This document shows positions 1-9,442 of a stretch of DNA of 64,000 nucleotides, piece after piece. A program made the position numbers and the translations under genes. The first letter of the stretch is position 1; every line of letters begins with the position of its first letter. Under the pieces are notes generated by a model, which worked only from the letters and a program-made list of their open reading frames with translations, did no database searches and had not been told where the DNA came from. The stretch spans positions 1,243 through 65,242 of the forward strand of contig JBJKPM010000053.1 in the NCBI GenBank assembly GCA_046706325.1, read 5' to 3'. This DNA is from Desulfocapsaceae bacterium (lineage in GTDB: Bacteria > Desulfobacterota > Desulfobulbia > Desulfobulbales > Desulfocapsaceae).

Positions 1-303
1 GGGGGAGTCCGTTTTCTTATTACCCCTGCATCAAGAGATGTCTATCTCCGGGCCATGGATGGCGGCGTACTCTCCATCCTGGTCGAAAGCGGGGCCATGA
101 TCGGCACCCCCGGTTGCAGTGCCTGCTTCGGCGGCACGGGCGGCATTCTGGGTAAGAAAGAGCGGCTTCTGACCACCGCGAACAGGAATTTTCGCGGGCG
201 GGTCGGAAGCCCGGAGAGTGAAATCTATCTGGCCGGCCCGGCAACCGTTGCCGCCTCGGCCGTCACCGGCTGCATCACCGATCCCAGGAGGGTCCTCTCA
301 TGA
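1..303 (+). CDS. aconitase-family dehydratase large subunit, C-terminal fragment (LeuC/homoaconitase-like); 5' end lies outside the window
   Basis: The frame is open from base 1. The translated GTPGCSACFGG...TTANRNFRGRVG matches the conserved C-terminal Cys/NRNFxGR region of LeuC-type dehydratases. It overlaps the next ORF by 4 nt. Confidence 0.75.
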   Translation, partial: GGVRFLITPASRDVYLRAMDGGVLSILVESGAMIGTPGCSACFGGTGGILGKKERLLTTANRNFRGRVGSPESEIYLAGPATVAASAVTGCITDPRRVLS

Positions 304-788
304 TACAGGGAAAAGCGATCACATTCGGCAACAATATCGATACGGATCAGATCATCGGCGCCCATCACCTCAGTCTGCCGTCCATTGCGGAAATGGCGCC
401 GTATGCCTTTGAGCACCATGCCAACTTCGTAACCCATTTTGTCAGCGGTGATATCATCGTGGGCGGCGATAATTTCGGCTGCGGATCTTCCCGGGAGCAG
501 GCCCCTGCAGTCTTGAGAAAGCGAGGAGTTGCGGCCGTCGTCGCAAGAGGCTTTGCCCGGATTTTTTTTCGCAATGCGGTCAATCTGGGACTGCCGGTGA
601 TTGTCTGCCCGGAGGCGGGTGAGATCGAGGAGCTGGCGCAGCTCCTGATTGCCGGCAACCGTTTGCGAAATCGGACAACGGGCCGGGAGCACGGAGTCAC
701 CCCGTTGCCGTCTTTTATCCAGGACCTCATCGGTGATGGGGGAATCATTGCCCATCTCAGGAGAAAGGAACAAGGCGGGGCAAAGTGA
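300..788 (+). CDS. 3-isopropylmalate/homoaconitate dehydratase small subunit (LeuD-like, short type)
   Basis: 162 aa with NIDTDQIIG, a GxNFGCGSSREQA motif and FARIFFRNAxNxGLP. It is translationally coupled to the large subunit. Confidence 0.8.
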   Translation: MIQGKAITFGNNIDTDQIIGAHHLSLPSIAEMAPYAFEHHANFVTHFVSGDIIVGGDNFGCGSSREQAPAVLRKRGVAAVVARGFARIFFRNAVNLGLPVIVCPEAGEIEELAQLLIAGNRLRNRTTGREHGVTPLPSFIQDLIGDGGIIAHLRRKEQGGAK

Positions 789-953
789 TCGGCCGGGAAT
801 GTTGGGTTGAAACTGCAAGCGGAATACGATAGGTTTAGATTGAGGAAGGGGTGCCGGGGGCTGTTTTCGGCTGCCGGGAAAGGGGGTATTATTACCTACC
901 GACAGGTGTTGTCCGGGCGGGCTCCGTTCCGGAAACAGGAGCGAACAACGGCC

Positions 954-2492
954 ATGAATCGAGCGCACCGTGAACTGAGCGAGGGGATCCTGCTGACGGA
1001 CCAGTATCAGCTGACCATGGCCCATCTGTATTTCCGGCAGGGGCTGCACCGGATGCCCGTCCAGTTTGAATATTTCTACCGGAATAACCCGTCCTACGGC
1101 CCCCACCAATCGGGTTTTACCATACTGGCCGGGTCGGGCAGTCTCTGGGAATGGATGGCTGAGGCCCGGTTTACCGAAAACGAGCTTGCGTATCTGCGCC
1201 GGCAGACCGGTCGCAACGGTACCCCTTTGTTTCATCACGATTTTCTCGATTGGCTGCTCAAAGAGGGGAATTTCGAAGACATGCACATTCTGGGACTCCG
1301 GGAGGGGAGGGTCGCCCACCCGACGGTTCCGTTGCTGGCTGTCCAGGGTCCTTTTGCGATGGCGCAGATCCTGGAGACTTCTCTGCTCAACCACATGAAC
1401 TATCAGACCCTGATAGCCACGCGAGCTGCCCGTATGCATCAGGCAGCCGAGGGCCGTCCGGTCCTGGAGTTCGGTTTGCGCCGGGCCCAGGGCTATGGGG
1501 CGGGGCCCGGTGTCCGGGGAGCGCTGGTCGGTGGTGCCGACGCCTCAAGCAATGTCGGCATCTCCCATGCCTTGGGTTTTGATCCAAAGGGGACCCATGC
1601 CCACAGTATGGTTCAGGCATTCGTGGCCATGGGCGGCAGCGAGTTGGATGCCTTCCGTGCCTATGGCGAAATCTATCCCGACGACTGTCTGTTGCTGGTG
1701 GATACCGTAAACACCCTGGAGAGCGGCATTCCCAATGCCATTCGTATCTTTGAAGAGCTGCGGATAAAGGGACATCGGCCGGTGGGTATCCGGCTCGACT
1801 CGGGTGATCTGGCCTACCTGACCCTGAAGGCTGCTCAGGCCTTGAACGCTGCAGGTTTTCCAGACACCAATATCGTTCTTTCCAATCAGCTGGATGAGCT
1901 GGTTATCTGGCAGATCATCAGCCAGATCCGTGAAGAGGGGCCGAAATACGGACTTTCCCCGCCGGATGTCGTCGGGCGTCTGGTCTTTGGGGTGGGCACC
2001 TCGCTGATCACCAGCAAGGGAGGTGCAGCCCTGGACGGGGTCTATAAACTGGCCGCCGTATACCGCGAAAAGGAGTGGATGCCCGCAATCAAGGTCTCGG
2101 AAAGTCCCGGCAAGACCATCAATCCCGGGACCAAACAGATCTGGCGACTCTACGACAAACGGGGTAAGGCGATAGCCGATGTCCTGGCCAAAGAGGAAGA
2201 GCGACTCGATACGGAGCCGCTTTTGCATCTTCATCACCCGGTGTTGCAAATCCGACGAAATATCGCCAGAGAGGAAGTGAGCCGTGTCGAACGGCTCTGG
2301 GTCCATCTTCCCCAGGGCGGCCCCGAATCCCCGCTTTCAGATACCATCGAGCAGATGCGTAAACGCAGGGATGCCGATCTCGCATGCCTGGATGATGGCG
2401 TCAAGCGTCTGGTCAACCCTCATCTCTATCATGTCTCATTGACCGGAGGACTTTGGGAGTTGAAACAGCAACTTGTCAGTCGACAGCTATAA
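954..2492 (+). CDS. pncB: nicotinate phosphoribosyltransferase
   Basis: The N-terminus LLTDQYQLTMAHLYF and the downstream FGLRRAQG and HSMVQAF blocks are typical of PncB. The ATG at 954 was chosen over the longer ORF start at 807. Confidence 0.85.
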   Translation: MNRAHRELSEGILLTDQYQLTMAHLYFRQGLHRMPVQFEYFYRNNPSYGPHQSGFTILAGSGSLWEWMAEARFTENELAYLRRQTGRNGTPLFHHDFLDWLLKEGNFEDMHILGLREGRVAHPTVPLLAVQGPFAMAQILETSLLNHMNYQTLIATRAARMHQAAEGRPVLEFGLRRAQGYGAGPGVRGALVGGADASSNVGISHALGFDPKGTHAHSMVQAFVAMGGSELDAFRAYGEIYPDDCLLLVDTVNTLESGIPNAIRIFEELRIKGHRPVGIRLDSGDLAYLTLKAAQALNAAGFPDTNIVLSNQLDELVIWQIISQIREEGPKYGLSPPDVVGRLVFGVGTSLITSKGGAALDGVYKLAAVYREKEWMPAIKVSESPGKTINPGTKQIWRLYDKRGKAIADVLAKEEERLDTEPLLHLHHPVLQIRRNIAREEVSRVERLWVHLPQGGPESPLSDTIEQMRKRRDADLACLDDGVKRLVNPHLYHVSLTGGLWELKQQLVSRQL

Positions 2493-2582
2493 GCTTGTAA
2501 ACAATCTGAAGCGTATAATATCCTGATATGGTAAGCTTAATATAATACCAATTGATCACAAAATAGAGAAAAAGGTAGTTGC

Positions 2583-3101
2583 ATGACAAAGGGGTATGTG
2601 CAGGTATACACCGGTGACGGCAAAGGCAAGACCACGGCGGCCCTTGGGCTTGCTCTGCGCTGTGCCGGCTATAAGCGGCGGGTTTTTTTCGGCCAATTCA
2701 TGAAAGGACAGTATTACGGCGAATTATCGATCCTTGAGGGTATTGAGGAGATCGACGTGGAACAGTTTGGCGATGCGGGATGTATCCGGCGTGAAGAGGT
2801 GACCGAGCTGCACCGGCGGCATGCTGAGCGCGGACTTGCACGAATTGAAGAGGCCCTGGCTTCTGGAAGGTACCGCATGGTCGTCATGGATGAGATCATT
2901 GTGGCCATTTGGTTCGGAATCACGGACCTTGACCGGGTCCTGAAAATTCTGCAGGCAAGACCCGAAAATGTTGAGGTTGTGCTGACGGGACGGAGGGCGC
3001 CTCGACAGTTGCTGGCGATGGCCGACCTGGTTACGGAGATGAAGGAGATAAAGCATTACTACCGGGCCGGAGTCCCGGCAAGAGAAGGAATAGAAATGTA
3101 G
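2583..3101 (+). CDS. cobO: cob(I)yrinic acid a,c-diamide adenosyltransferase (CobO/BtuR family)
   Basis: 172 aa with the P-loop GDGKGKTTAALG and a MDEI...LTGR layout characteristic of CobA/CobO. Confidence 0.85.
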   Translation: MTKGYVQVYTGDGKGKTTAALGLALRCAGYKRRVFFGQFMKGQYYGELSILEGIEEIDVEQFGDAGCIRREEVTELHRRHAERGLARIEEALASGRYRMVVMDEIIVAIWFGITDLDRVLKILQARPENVEVVLTGRRAPRQLLAMADLVTEMKEIKHYYRAGVPAREGIEM

Positions 3102-3169
3102 TCGAGACGGCCAAGGCAAGGGCAGAGACATGAAATTGTGGAGGCGGCCCGGCAAGCCGTTCGTCTCAA

Positions 3170-3589
3170 TCAGGTTTCGGTGGCTGTACCCTGTTTCGGG
3201 ATGCCGACGTTCGCTTCCGACGGCTGCATGGGGCAGACCTGGTAATCGGTGTCGAAGACGATACCGATCCCTTTCGCCTCCACCCGGATGACGATTCCCG
3301 AGGCCTTGACCCGAACCTGTTTTCCTTGGCAGGCACGCAGGCTTTCAACCGAGAGGATGAAGCGGAGTTTTTCCAGGTCCTCAAAGGCGAGCAGGAATTC
3401 CAATTGAACTGTGCATGCAAGGGGAAGTTTCCTGCCGGTTACGATAAACGCTCCGCCGGAGCTGATGTTTGCGGCGATTGTCTCATCGGCAAACATCCCG
3501 TCGCCGTTCTCGTTTTTCGCGGAAATTTTCGCCTGGAGATTCAGGGAAAAACGTTGTTGACGTCTTCGTTCTTTAGGTTTCATACTCAT
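3170..3589 (-). CDS. PilZ domain protein (putative c-di-GMP receptor)
   Basis: 139 aa with an N-terminal RRRQQR (RxxxR) motif followed by NISSGGAF (D/NxSxxG), the bipartite PilZ signature. Confidence 0.7.
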   Translation of the reverse strand: MSMKPKERRRQQRFSLNLQAKISAKNENGDGMFADETIAANISSGGAFIVTGRKLPLACTVQLEFLLAFEDLEKLRFILSVESLRACQGKQVRVKASGIVIRVEAKGIGIVFDTDYQVCPMQPSEANVGIPKQGTATET

Positions 3590-3743
3590 TCAAGAAAAAT
3601 GGTTAAGATACAACGAATCAAGAGGATATTGAAAAAAATAGTTGAAAGCTGAATAGTTGTCAAATTGAATATGTCTCTTGGGTGATGTTCTTCTGTGTCC
3701 TGCGGCCTGTCGAATAATAGATTGCTTACTATTACAAAATGTT

Positions 3744-4481
3744 ATGAGAAGATTTTTTTTTAGGCCGGAGGAAAGAGTCGCGGATCGGGTGGTCCTCTCG
3801 GCCGCGGAATCTCACCATATTCGACGAGTATTGCGACTGAAGATCGGTATGAAGGTTGAACTTTTCGACGGCTTCGGAAGTATCCACCAGGCGGAATTGG
3901 AGCAGATCGGAGAACGGGTGCAGGTCCGTATCTTTTCCAGCAGCTTCGATTGTGAAGACACTCCAATCCCGCTCTGGGTCTGCCAGGGACTGCTCAAGGC
4001 AAAAAATATGGATACGGTGGTCCAGAAATGTACCGAGCTCGGAGTAGTCGGTTTAATTCCTTTTCTCAGCAATCGTTGTCAGGGGCGGCCCGACGTTACC
4101 ACGGAGAGAAAAAAGCACCAGAGATGGTTGAAAATTGTTGAGGAATCCTGCAAGCAGTGCAGACGAACACGGCCCATGGAACTGTTGGGGACAATGAATT
4201 TTCAGGAGGTGACCGATTTTTTCGATTCCGAGACACCTGGGCTGAATATCCTCTTCTGGGAGGAGGAGCAGGAGATCAGTTTACACGATCTTCTGCCGCT
4301 TCGAAATATCGGAGGGGTCCGCATCCTGCTTGGTCCCGAGGGTGGTTTGACCCGGCAAGAGGCGGCCATTGCCCAAAGGGCCGGATGGCGTACGGTCAGT
4401 CTCGGCAAACATATTCTCCGGGCGGAGACGGCAACCCTTGCCTCGGTCGCCATTCTTCAGCATCTGCTGGGGGCGATTTGA
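3744..4481 (+). CDS. rsmE: 16S rRNA (uracil1498-N3)-methyltransferase
   Basis: N-terminus MRRFFF..., AESHHIxRVLRL, a KxxKMDxVVQKCTELGV block and a C-terminal GPEGGLTxxE...LGxxILRAETA. The ATG at 3744 was chosen. Confidence 0.8.
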   Translation: MRRFFFRPEERVADRVVLSAAESHHIRRVLRLKIGMKVELFDGFGSIHQAELEQIGERVQVRIFSSSFDCEDTPIPLWVCQGLLKAKNMDTVVQKCTELGVVGLIPFLSNRCQGRPDVTTERKKHQRWLKIVEESCKQCRRTRPMELLGTMNFQEVTDFFDSETPGLNILFWEEEQEISLHDLLPLRNIGGVRILLGPEGGLTRQEAAIAQRAGWRTVSLGKHILRAETATLASVAILQHLLGAI

Positions 4482-4530
4482 AACAGGAGCAGACAGACAG
4501 CAAAAGACAATTATCTGACAACTAACAGCC

Positions 4531-6696
4531 ATGGATAAGATAATCTCACCATCTTCTCTTGCTGATGCAAGAGAATGCCAAGAAGATCTCGTGCAGTATC
4601 GCCAGATGTTTGAATATGCCCCGATCGGCATTATCCAGACAGGCTTCGATGGGAAGATCTTGAGGGTCAATCCGGCGATGGCCCGGATGCTGGGCTATGA
4701 TTCGCCCGACACGATGATGGTCGGCCATCGCATCGAAGATTTCTATACCGAGCCGCAAAAACGCGGGCAGCTGATTGCAGATGCGATCAACAACGGACAA
4801 CTTTACAACTACGACAATCAATTCCGGAAAAAGGATGGCACGACTATCACCTGCATGTTGCATATTCGCGTTGTGCGGGACGAGGGCGGTAATCGACGGT
4901 TTCTGGAGAGTTTCGTCGAGGATATTACCGACCGGAAAAAAACGGCCGAAGCCCTGGTGGAAAGTGAAAAACTGTATCGTGGCATCTTCGAGAATACCGG
5001 TGCCGGGACGATCATCATTGAGCCGGACATGACCATTTCTTTTGCCAATTCCAGGTTCCGGAAGATGACCGGTTACTCGAAGGAGGAGGTTGAAGGGGGG
5101 ATGAAATGGACGACCTTTATCGCCGATCCTGCCGAACTGGACATGATGATACGGTATCATAATAGAAGAAGGCAGAATCCTGATACGCCGATTGAATACG
5201 AGTTCGTCCTTGTTGATAAGGGAGGCGGGAGGAAAAATATCTTTCTCCGGGTCGATATGATTCCCGGGACAAAGTGGAGTGTGGCTTCGCTTTTGGATAT
5301 CACGGCCCTGAAGCGGGCCAGGCGCTCGGTTGCCGACAGCAAGGCCGCGCTGAAGGGCCTTCTCGAGGTGTTCGACGGGCTTATCTATACGGCAACAAAA
5401 GATTGGCGACTGACCTTCATGAATGAGGCCCTGGTCAGGTATCTTGGCCGGAACGGGGCGGGAGAAACCTGCCATCAGGTTATCTTCGGTCTTTCCGAAC
5501 CTTGTACGTGGTGTTCTCGGGAGCGTGTTTTTTCCGGTGAATCGGTGCGGGCGGAGTTTAAAAACCCCCGGAATGGACGCTGGTATCATATGGTGAGCAT
5601 CCCTGTTTTTTCCCAGAACGAAGAGGTGCAGGCTCGGCAGGGTATCATGATGGACATCCAGGACCGGAAACAGCAGGAGATGGCTGCCGTCCGCCGGGAG
5701 GAGCGGCTGGTGAAAGAAAATATTCATCTGCTTGAAAGTATACAGGATCGCTATAGATTTAAAGAGATAATCGGCAAGAGCAATGGGATGCAGAAGGTCT
5801 ATGAGCTGATCATGAGGGCGGCTGCATTACAGGCCAATGTGATTATCCATGGGGAATCAGGCACCGGCAAGGAATTGGTGGCACGAGCGATTCACGCAAC
5901 AAGCGAGCGCAGAGACCAGCCCTTCATTCCGGTAAACTGCGGAGCGATCCCGGAGCACCTGTTTGAGAGTGAGTTCTTCGGCTATAAAAAAGGCGCATTT
6001 ACGGGAGCCCACCGGGACAAGCCGGGCTACTTCGATCTCGCCGACCGAGGGACCCTTTTTCTTGATGAACTGGGTGAGATCTCGCTTGAAATGCAGGTGA
6101 AATTGCTTCGGGTGCTGGAGGGGCATCCCTATCATCCGGTGGGAGGGACGGTTTCCAGAAGGCCCGACGTCAGGATCATCACGGCAACCAACAGGAGTCT
6201 GCATGACCTGATAGAAAAGGGGACCATGCGGGAGGATTTCTTTTATCGTATCCACATCATCCCGATAAATATACCTCCCTTGAGGGAACGAAAACAGGAC
6301 ATACCGCTGCTGGTCGAGCATTTCATGGAAAAATTCAAGACCTCGGGGAAAACCGTCGCACCGATCATGGGCAACACCATGGATACCATGGTCGGTTATA
6401 CCTGGCCGGGCAATGTTCGAGAACTGGAAAACACCATTCAGCGGTATATGAGTCTGCATACACTCGATTTTTTTTATGCAAAATCAACATCTTCGTTGCC
6501 TGAGAATAGTGTCGGACCAACCGAACCCAACCTTTGTCTGAAAACTGCGATGAACCAGTACGAAAAAAGGTACATCTCGTCATTGCTTCACCTGAATCGG
6601 TGGAACAGGACCAAAGTTGCCAAGATCCTCGGTATTGAGAGGAAGACACTGTATCTGAAAATGAAGAATTTGGAGATTGTGAAGAAGGGACTTTGA
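4531..6696 (+). CDS. sigma-54-dependent transcriptional activator with tandem PAS domains (one carries a C-x10-C-x2-C motif)
   Basis: Several PAS-like blocks, then AAA+ motifs GESGTGKE (Walker A), GAFTGA and FLDELGE (Walker B), and a C-terminal Fis-type HTH (RWNRTKVAKILGIERKTLYLKM). Confidence 0.85.
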   Translation: MDKIISPSSLADARECQEDLVQYRQMFEYAPIGIIQTGFDGKILRVNPAMARMLGYDSPDTMMVGHRIEDFYTEPQKRGQLIADAINNGQLYNYDNQFRKKDGTTITCMLHIRVVRDEGGNRRFLESFVEDITDRKKTAEALVESEKLYRGIFENTGAGTIIIEPDMTISFANSRFRKMTGYSKEEVEGGMKWTTFIADPAELDMMIRYHNRRRQNPDTPIEYEFVLVDKGGGRKNIFLRVDMIPGTKWSVASLLDITALKRARRSVADSKAALKGLLEVFDGLIYTATKDWRLTFMNEALVRYLGRNGAGETCHQVIFGLSEPCTWCSRERVFSGESVRAEFKNPRNGRWYHMVSIPVFSQNEEVQARQGIMMDIQDRKQQEMAAVRREERLVKENIHLLESIQDRYRFKEIIGKSNGMQKVYELIMRAAALQANVIIHGESGTGKELVARAIHATSERRDQPFIPVNCGAIPEHLFESEFFGYKKGAFTGAHRDKPGYFDLADRGTLFLDELGEISLEMQVKLLRVLEGHPYHPVGGTVSRRPDVRIITATNRSLHDLIEKGTMREDFFYRIHIIPINIPPLRERKQDIPLLVEHFMEKFKTSGKTVAPIMGNTMDTMVGYTWPGNVRELENTIQRYMSLHTLDFFYAKSTSSLPENSVGPTEPNLCLKTAMNQYEKRYISSLLHLNRWNRTKVAKILGIERKTLYLKMKNLEIVKKGL

Positions 6697-6860
6697 GTTA
6701 TTTACGACTCGTTTTGAGGCATATTTTTCACTGTGTGTTTTTATGTGGTATTCCAATAGCCTTTGCCGCCTTCCATGGCAAGGTGAGTTATTTATTTCTT
6801 CCTCTGGTGGCGCCAGTGATCGTGAAGGTCGAATGCTGTGGCAGTTATTTAATGGTTTTC

Positions 6861-6876
6861 CGGCGCGAAAATTGCA
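6861..6876 (+). promoter_or_regulatory. candidate sigma-54 (-24/-12) promoter upstream of the acyl-CoA synthetase
   Basis: CGGCGCGAAAATTGCA has GG-N10-GC spacing and matches TGGCACG-N4-TTGCA at 14 of 16 positions. It sits about 90 nt upstream of the ATG at 6966 and directly downstream of an enhancer-binding protein (EBP) gene. Confidence 0.5.
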
Positions 6877-6965
6877 AGAATTGATTGGAGATCTCCACTG
6901 TCTTGGGACAGCGGCCCCGATACCGGTACATCCATCCAGTCGCCCATCCTTTCAAGGAGGAAGCC

Positions 6966-8609
6966 ATGGCATTACAGCACATCGTTCCTACCCCTTCGGC
7001 CCATAATTATCAACTGCTGATCAAGCATCTCCTGGACCCTCCGCTGACCTATGTTCCGAAGAGGGAGATCGTCTATCGGGACAGGTGGCGCTACACCTAC
7101 ACCGATTTCGGCAGACGGGTAGCCTGTCTGGCAAACGCCCTGGCAGAGATGGGGATTCAACAGGGCGATACGGTGGCCATAATGGATTGGGATAGTCACC
7201 GCTATCTGGAGTGTTTCTTTGCCGTGCCGATGATGGGAGCGGTGCTGCATACCGTCAACGTGAGATTGTCCCCCGAGCAGCTCCTGTATACCATAAACCA
7301 TGCCGAGGATGATATCCTGTTGGTCAATGCCGAGTTTCTTCCCCTACTGGCCGGGGTGAAGGATCAACTGGCCACCGTGAAGAAGATAATCCTTATCTCG
7401 GACACCCCGAACAGTCAGACCACATTCCCGGTCGACGGGGAGTATGAAGCGATGCTTTCAGGGAAACCAGAGACCTATGATTTTCCCGATTTCTCTGAGA
7501 ACACCCGGGCCACGACCTTTTATACCACCGGGACCACCGGGTTGCCCAAAGGGGTGTATTTCAGCCATCGTCAACTGGTTCTCCATACCTACGGGTTGAT
7601 CACCGCCCTCTCCGTGATCAAATTCCAGGCCGATATCAGCTCGGATGATGTCTATATGCCCATGACGCCGATGTTTCATGTCCATGCCTGGGGCGTGCCG
7701 TATATGATGACCCTGCTCGGAGCCAAGCAGGTCTACCCGGGACGCTATGATCCGGAGATACTCTTGCGGCTTATCGTCACCGAAAAGGTCACCTTTTCCC
7801 ACTGCGTACCGACCATTATGAATATGCTTCTTGCCAGCCCATCCGCCCGTGATGTCGATTTCAACGGCCTGAAGGTAATTATCGGCGGCTCGGCGTTACC
7901 GGCCGGTCTGTGCAAGGAGGGCATGCAACGGGGAATCAACCTGTTTACCGGCTACGGCATGTCCGAGACCTGTCCTGTCCTGTCGCTTGCCGGGATGAAA
8001 CCGCATATGCGCAATTGGGATCTCGATGACCAGATCAAGATCCGATGCCGTACCGGCCTGCCACTGGCCAATGTCCAGTTAAAGATCGTCGACGGAAACG
8101 GCCGAAGCTTGCCTCATGACGGCAGGACAACCGGCGAGATCGTGACCAGAAGCCCATGGCTGACACAGGGGTATCTGAAGGATCCGGAAAAGAGCGAACA
8201 GCTCTGGGAAAATGGTTGGCTGCATACCGGGGACATCGGCTATATCGATGAGGAAGGTTATCTTCAGATTACCGACAGGCTCAAGGATGTGATCAAGACC
8301 GGCGGAGAATGGATCTCTTCGCTGGCCCTTGAGGATATCATCAGTCGCCATCCGGCGGTGGGTGAGGCCGCCGTTATAGGCGTGGCGGACGAAAAATGGG
8401 GAGAGAGGCCGCTGGCCCTGGTCGTTCTGCGTCCGGAATATCGGGATAAGGTAACCGAAGATGAACTCCGGCAGTTCTTTCTCGAGTATGTGCAACAGGG
8501 CGCAATTTCCAAATACGGCGTTCCCGATAGGGTGGTCATCACCGATTCCATTGCTAAAACGAGCGTCGGTAAATTGAACAAGAAGGAGTTGAGAAGGCAG
8601 TATCGATAA
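6966..8609 (+). CDS. AMP-dependent acyl-CoA synthetase/ligase (medium/long-chain fatty-acid-CoA ligase-like)
   Basis: AMP-binding motif YTTGTTGLPKGV, then GYGMSET, WLHTGDIGY and a C-terminal GKLNKKELR. The AAGGAGG RBS precedes the ATG at 6966. Confidence 0.85.
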   Translation: MALQHIVPTPSAHNYQLLIKHLLDPPLTYVPKREIVYRDRWRYTYTDFGRRVACLANALAEMGIQQGDTVAIMDWDSHRYLECFFAVPMMGAVLHTVNVRLSPEQLLYTINHAEDDILLVNAEFLPLLAGVKDQLATVKKIILISDTPNSQTTFPVDGEYEAMLSGKPETYDFPDFSENTRATTFYTTGTTGLPKGVYFSHRQLVLHTYGLITALSVIKFQADISSDDVYMPMTPMFHVHAWGVPYMMTLLGAKQVYPGRYDPEILLRLIVTEKVTFSHCVPTIMNMLLASPSARDVDFNGLKVIIGGSALPAGLCKEGMQRGINLFTGYGMSETCPVLSLAGMKPHMRNWDLDDQIKIRCRTGLPLANVQLKIVDGNGRSLPHDGRTTGEIVTRSPWLTQGYLKDPEKSEQLWENGWLHTGDIGYIDEEGYLQITDRLKDVIKTGGEWISSLALEDIISRHPAVGEAAVIGVADEKWGERPLALVVLRPEYRDKVTEDELRQFFLEYVQQGAISKYGVPDRVVITDSIAKTSVGKLNKKELRRQYR

Positions 8610-8611
8610 GA

Positions 8612-8649
8612 AGAGGGTGGGACGGCTCCTCACCACCTCTATCTTTTTT
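8612..8649 (+). terminator. possible intrinsic terminator after the acyl-CoA synthetase gene
   Basis: Imperfect hairpin AGAGGGTGG / CCACCTCT (8 bp, one bulge, 12-nt loop) followed by a T6 run. The T-run overlaps the 3' end of the convergent batE-like CDS. Confidence 0.35.
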
Positions 8650-9442
8650 CTTTCCGCCGGTCGGAATCCGGAACGGGAAATTGGTTAATGAAGGCAATGT
8701 CCTTGGATTCGATCCAGCCGCTGCGTCCGGCCTGATCTTCGACCAGGGAGTAATTCCCATGTTGCGATTGATACTCGACGATGCGGCCTTCCCGAATGGA
8801 ACCGATCGATGATGCCGAAGGAAAAGGGGACAGGAGAAGCCGGACGTCATCACTGATAATCACGGCCGCATCCAGTTGCCGGTATTGAAGAAGTGTGCCT
8901 GTTGCGGCCAGGAGAAACAACAGAAGACTTATTCCGCCAATCCAGAGCCGCAGGTGTTTCCCATTGGAAAAACGCAACCCCGCAAGACCGACAAAGGTAA
9001 AAGTGACGAAAAAGATACCCGCCAGCATGGTCCATTGATCGAGATCGAAAAAAGCGATAATACGGCGGACAGCGGGGAGTTGTTCCTGGAACAGTCCCTG
9101 GTTTTTCTTAATCAGGTTGAGGTTGCCCCGGATGTCGGAGTCTCCGGGTGACAGCCGTAGTGCTCGTTCGTAGTTTACTATGGCCATGCCGGTTTGTCCG
9201 AGTTGAGCGAAGCAGTTGGCCATATTATACAGAAGCGGTCCGGAAATCCCGTCTTCAGTCGCGATACTGCCATAGACATGCAGGGCCTGTTGGTAGTCTC
9301 CCCTGCCGTAGAGGTCATTTCCGTGTTGAAAGAGCTGCTCTGCCGATTGCCCCGGTGCGGCAAAGGCATATCCGGTCAGCGAGAAAACGAGGACCAGAAG
9401 GCTCACAAGTATCATAAGGTGGAAGAATCCTGTCAATTTCAT
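8639..9442 (-). CDS. BatE-like TPR/SH3 membrane protein (last gene of the Bat operon)
   Basis: N-terminal TM segment, TPR repeats (GDYQQALHVY..., NMANCFAQLGQ...AIVNYERALRLSP), internal TM segments and a C-terminal SH3-like segment. Its ATG at 9442 overlaps the batD stop (ATGA). Confidence 0.6.
   Translation of the reverse strand: MKLTGFFHLMILVSLLVLVFSLTGYAFAAPGQSAEQLFQHGNDLYGRGDYQQALHVYGSIATEDGISGPLLYNMANCFAQLGQTGMAIVNYERALRLSPGDSDIRGNLNLIKKNQGLFQEQLPAVRRIIAFFDLDQWTMLAGIFFVTFTFVGLAGLRFSNGKHLRLWIGGISLLLFLLAATGTLLQYRQLDAAVIISDDVRLLLSPFPSASSIGSIREGRIVEYQSQHGNYSLVEDQAGRSGWIESKDIAFINQFPVPDSDRRKEKR

Noticed and set aside
225-1439. 404-aa minus-strand ORF overlapping the LeuD-like and pncB genes
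   Set aside because: It lies antisense to two well-supported genes. Its composition is Arg/Pro/Gly-rich, as expected for shadow ORFs in GC-rich DNA, and no recognisable motifs were seen.
2495-2519. TTGTAA and TATAAT hexamers upstream of cobO as a sigma-70 promoter
   Set aside because: The spacer is only 13 nt, too short for a functional -35/-10 pair. The AT-rich region probably contains a promoter, but I cannot place it.
3753-3761. T9 homopolymer within the first codons of rsmE (possible slipped-strand phase switch)
   Set aside because: Similar A/T runs of 7-8 nt occur in several housekeeping genes here (leuD-like around 565, argF around 59326, the activator around 34006). There is no reason to expect phase variation of an rRNA methyltransferase.
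6746-6760. TGGTATTCCAATAGC, a GG-N10-GC match upstream of the acyl-CoA synthetase
   Set aside because: Both elements are weaker (TGGTAT, TAGC) and it lies 200 nt from the start codon. The site at 6861-6876 is a much better consensus match.
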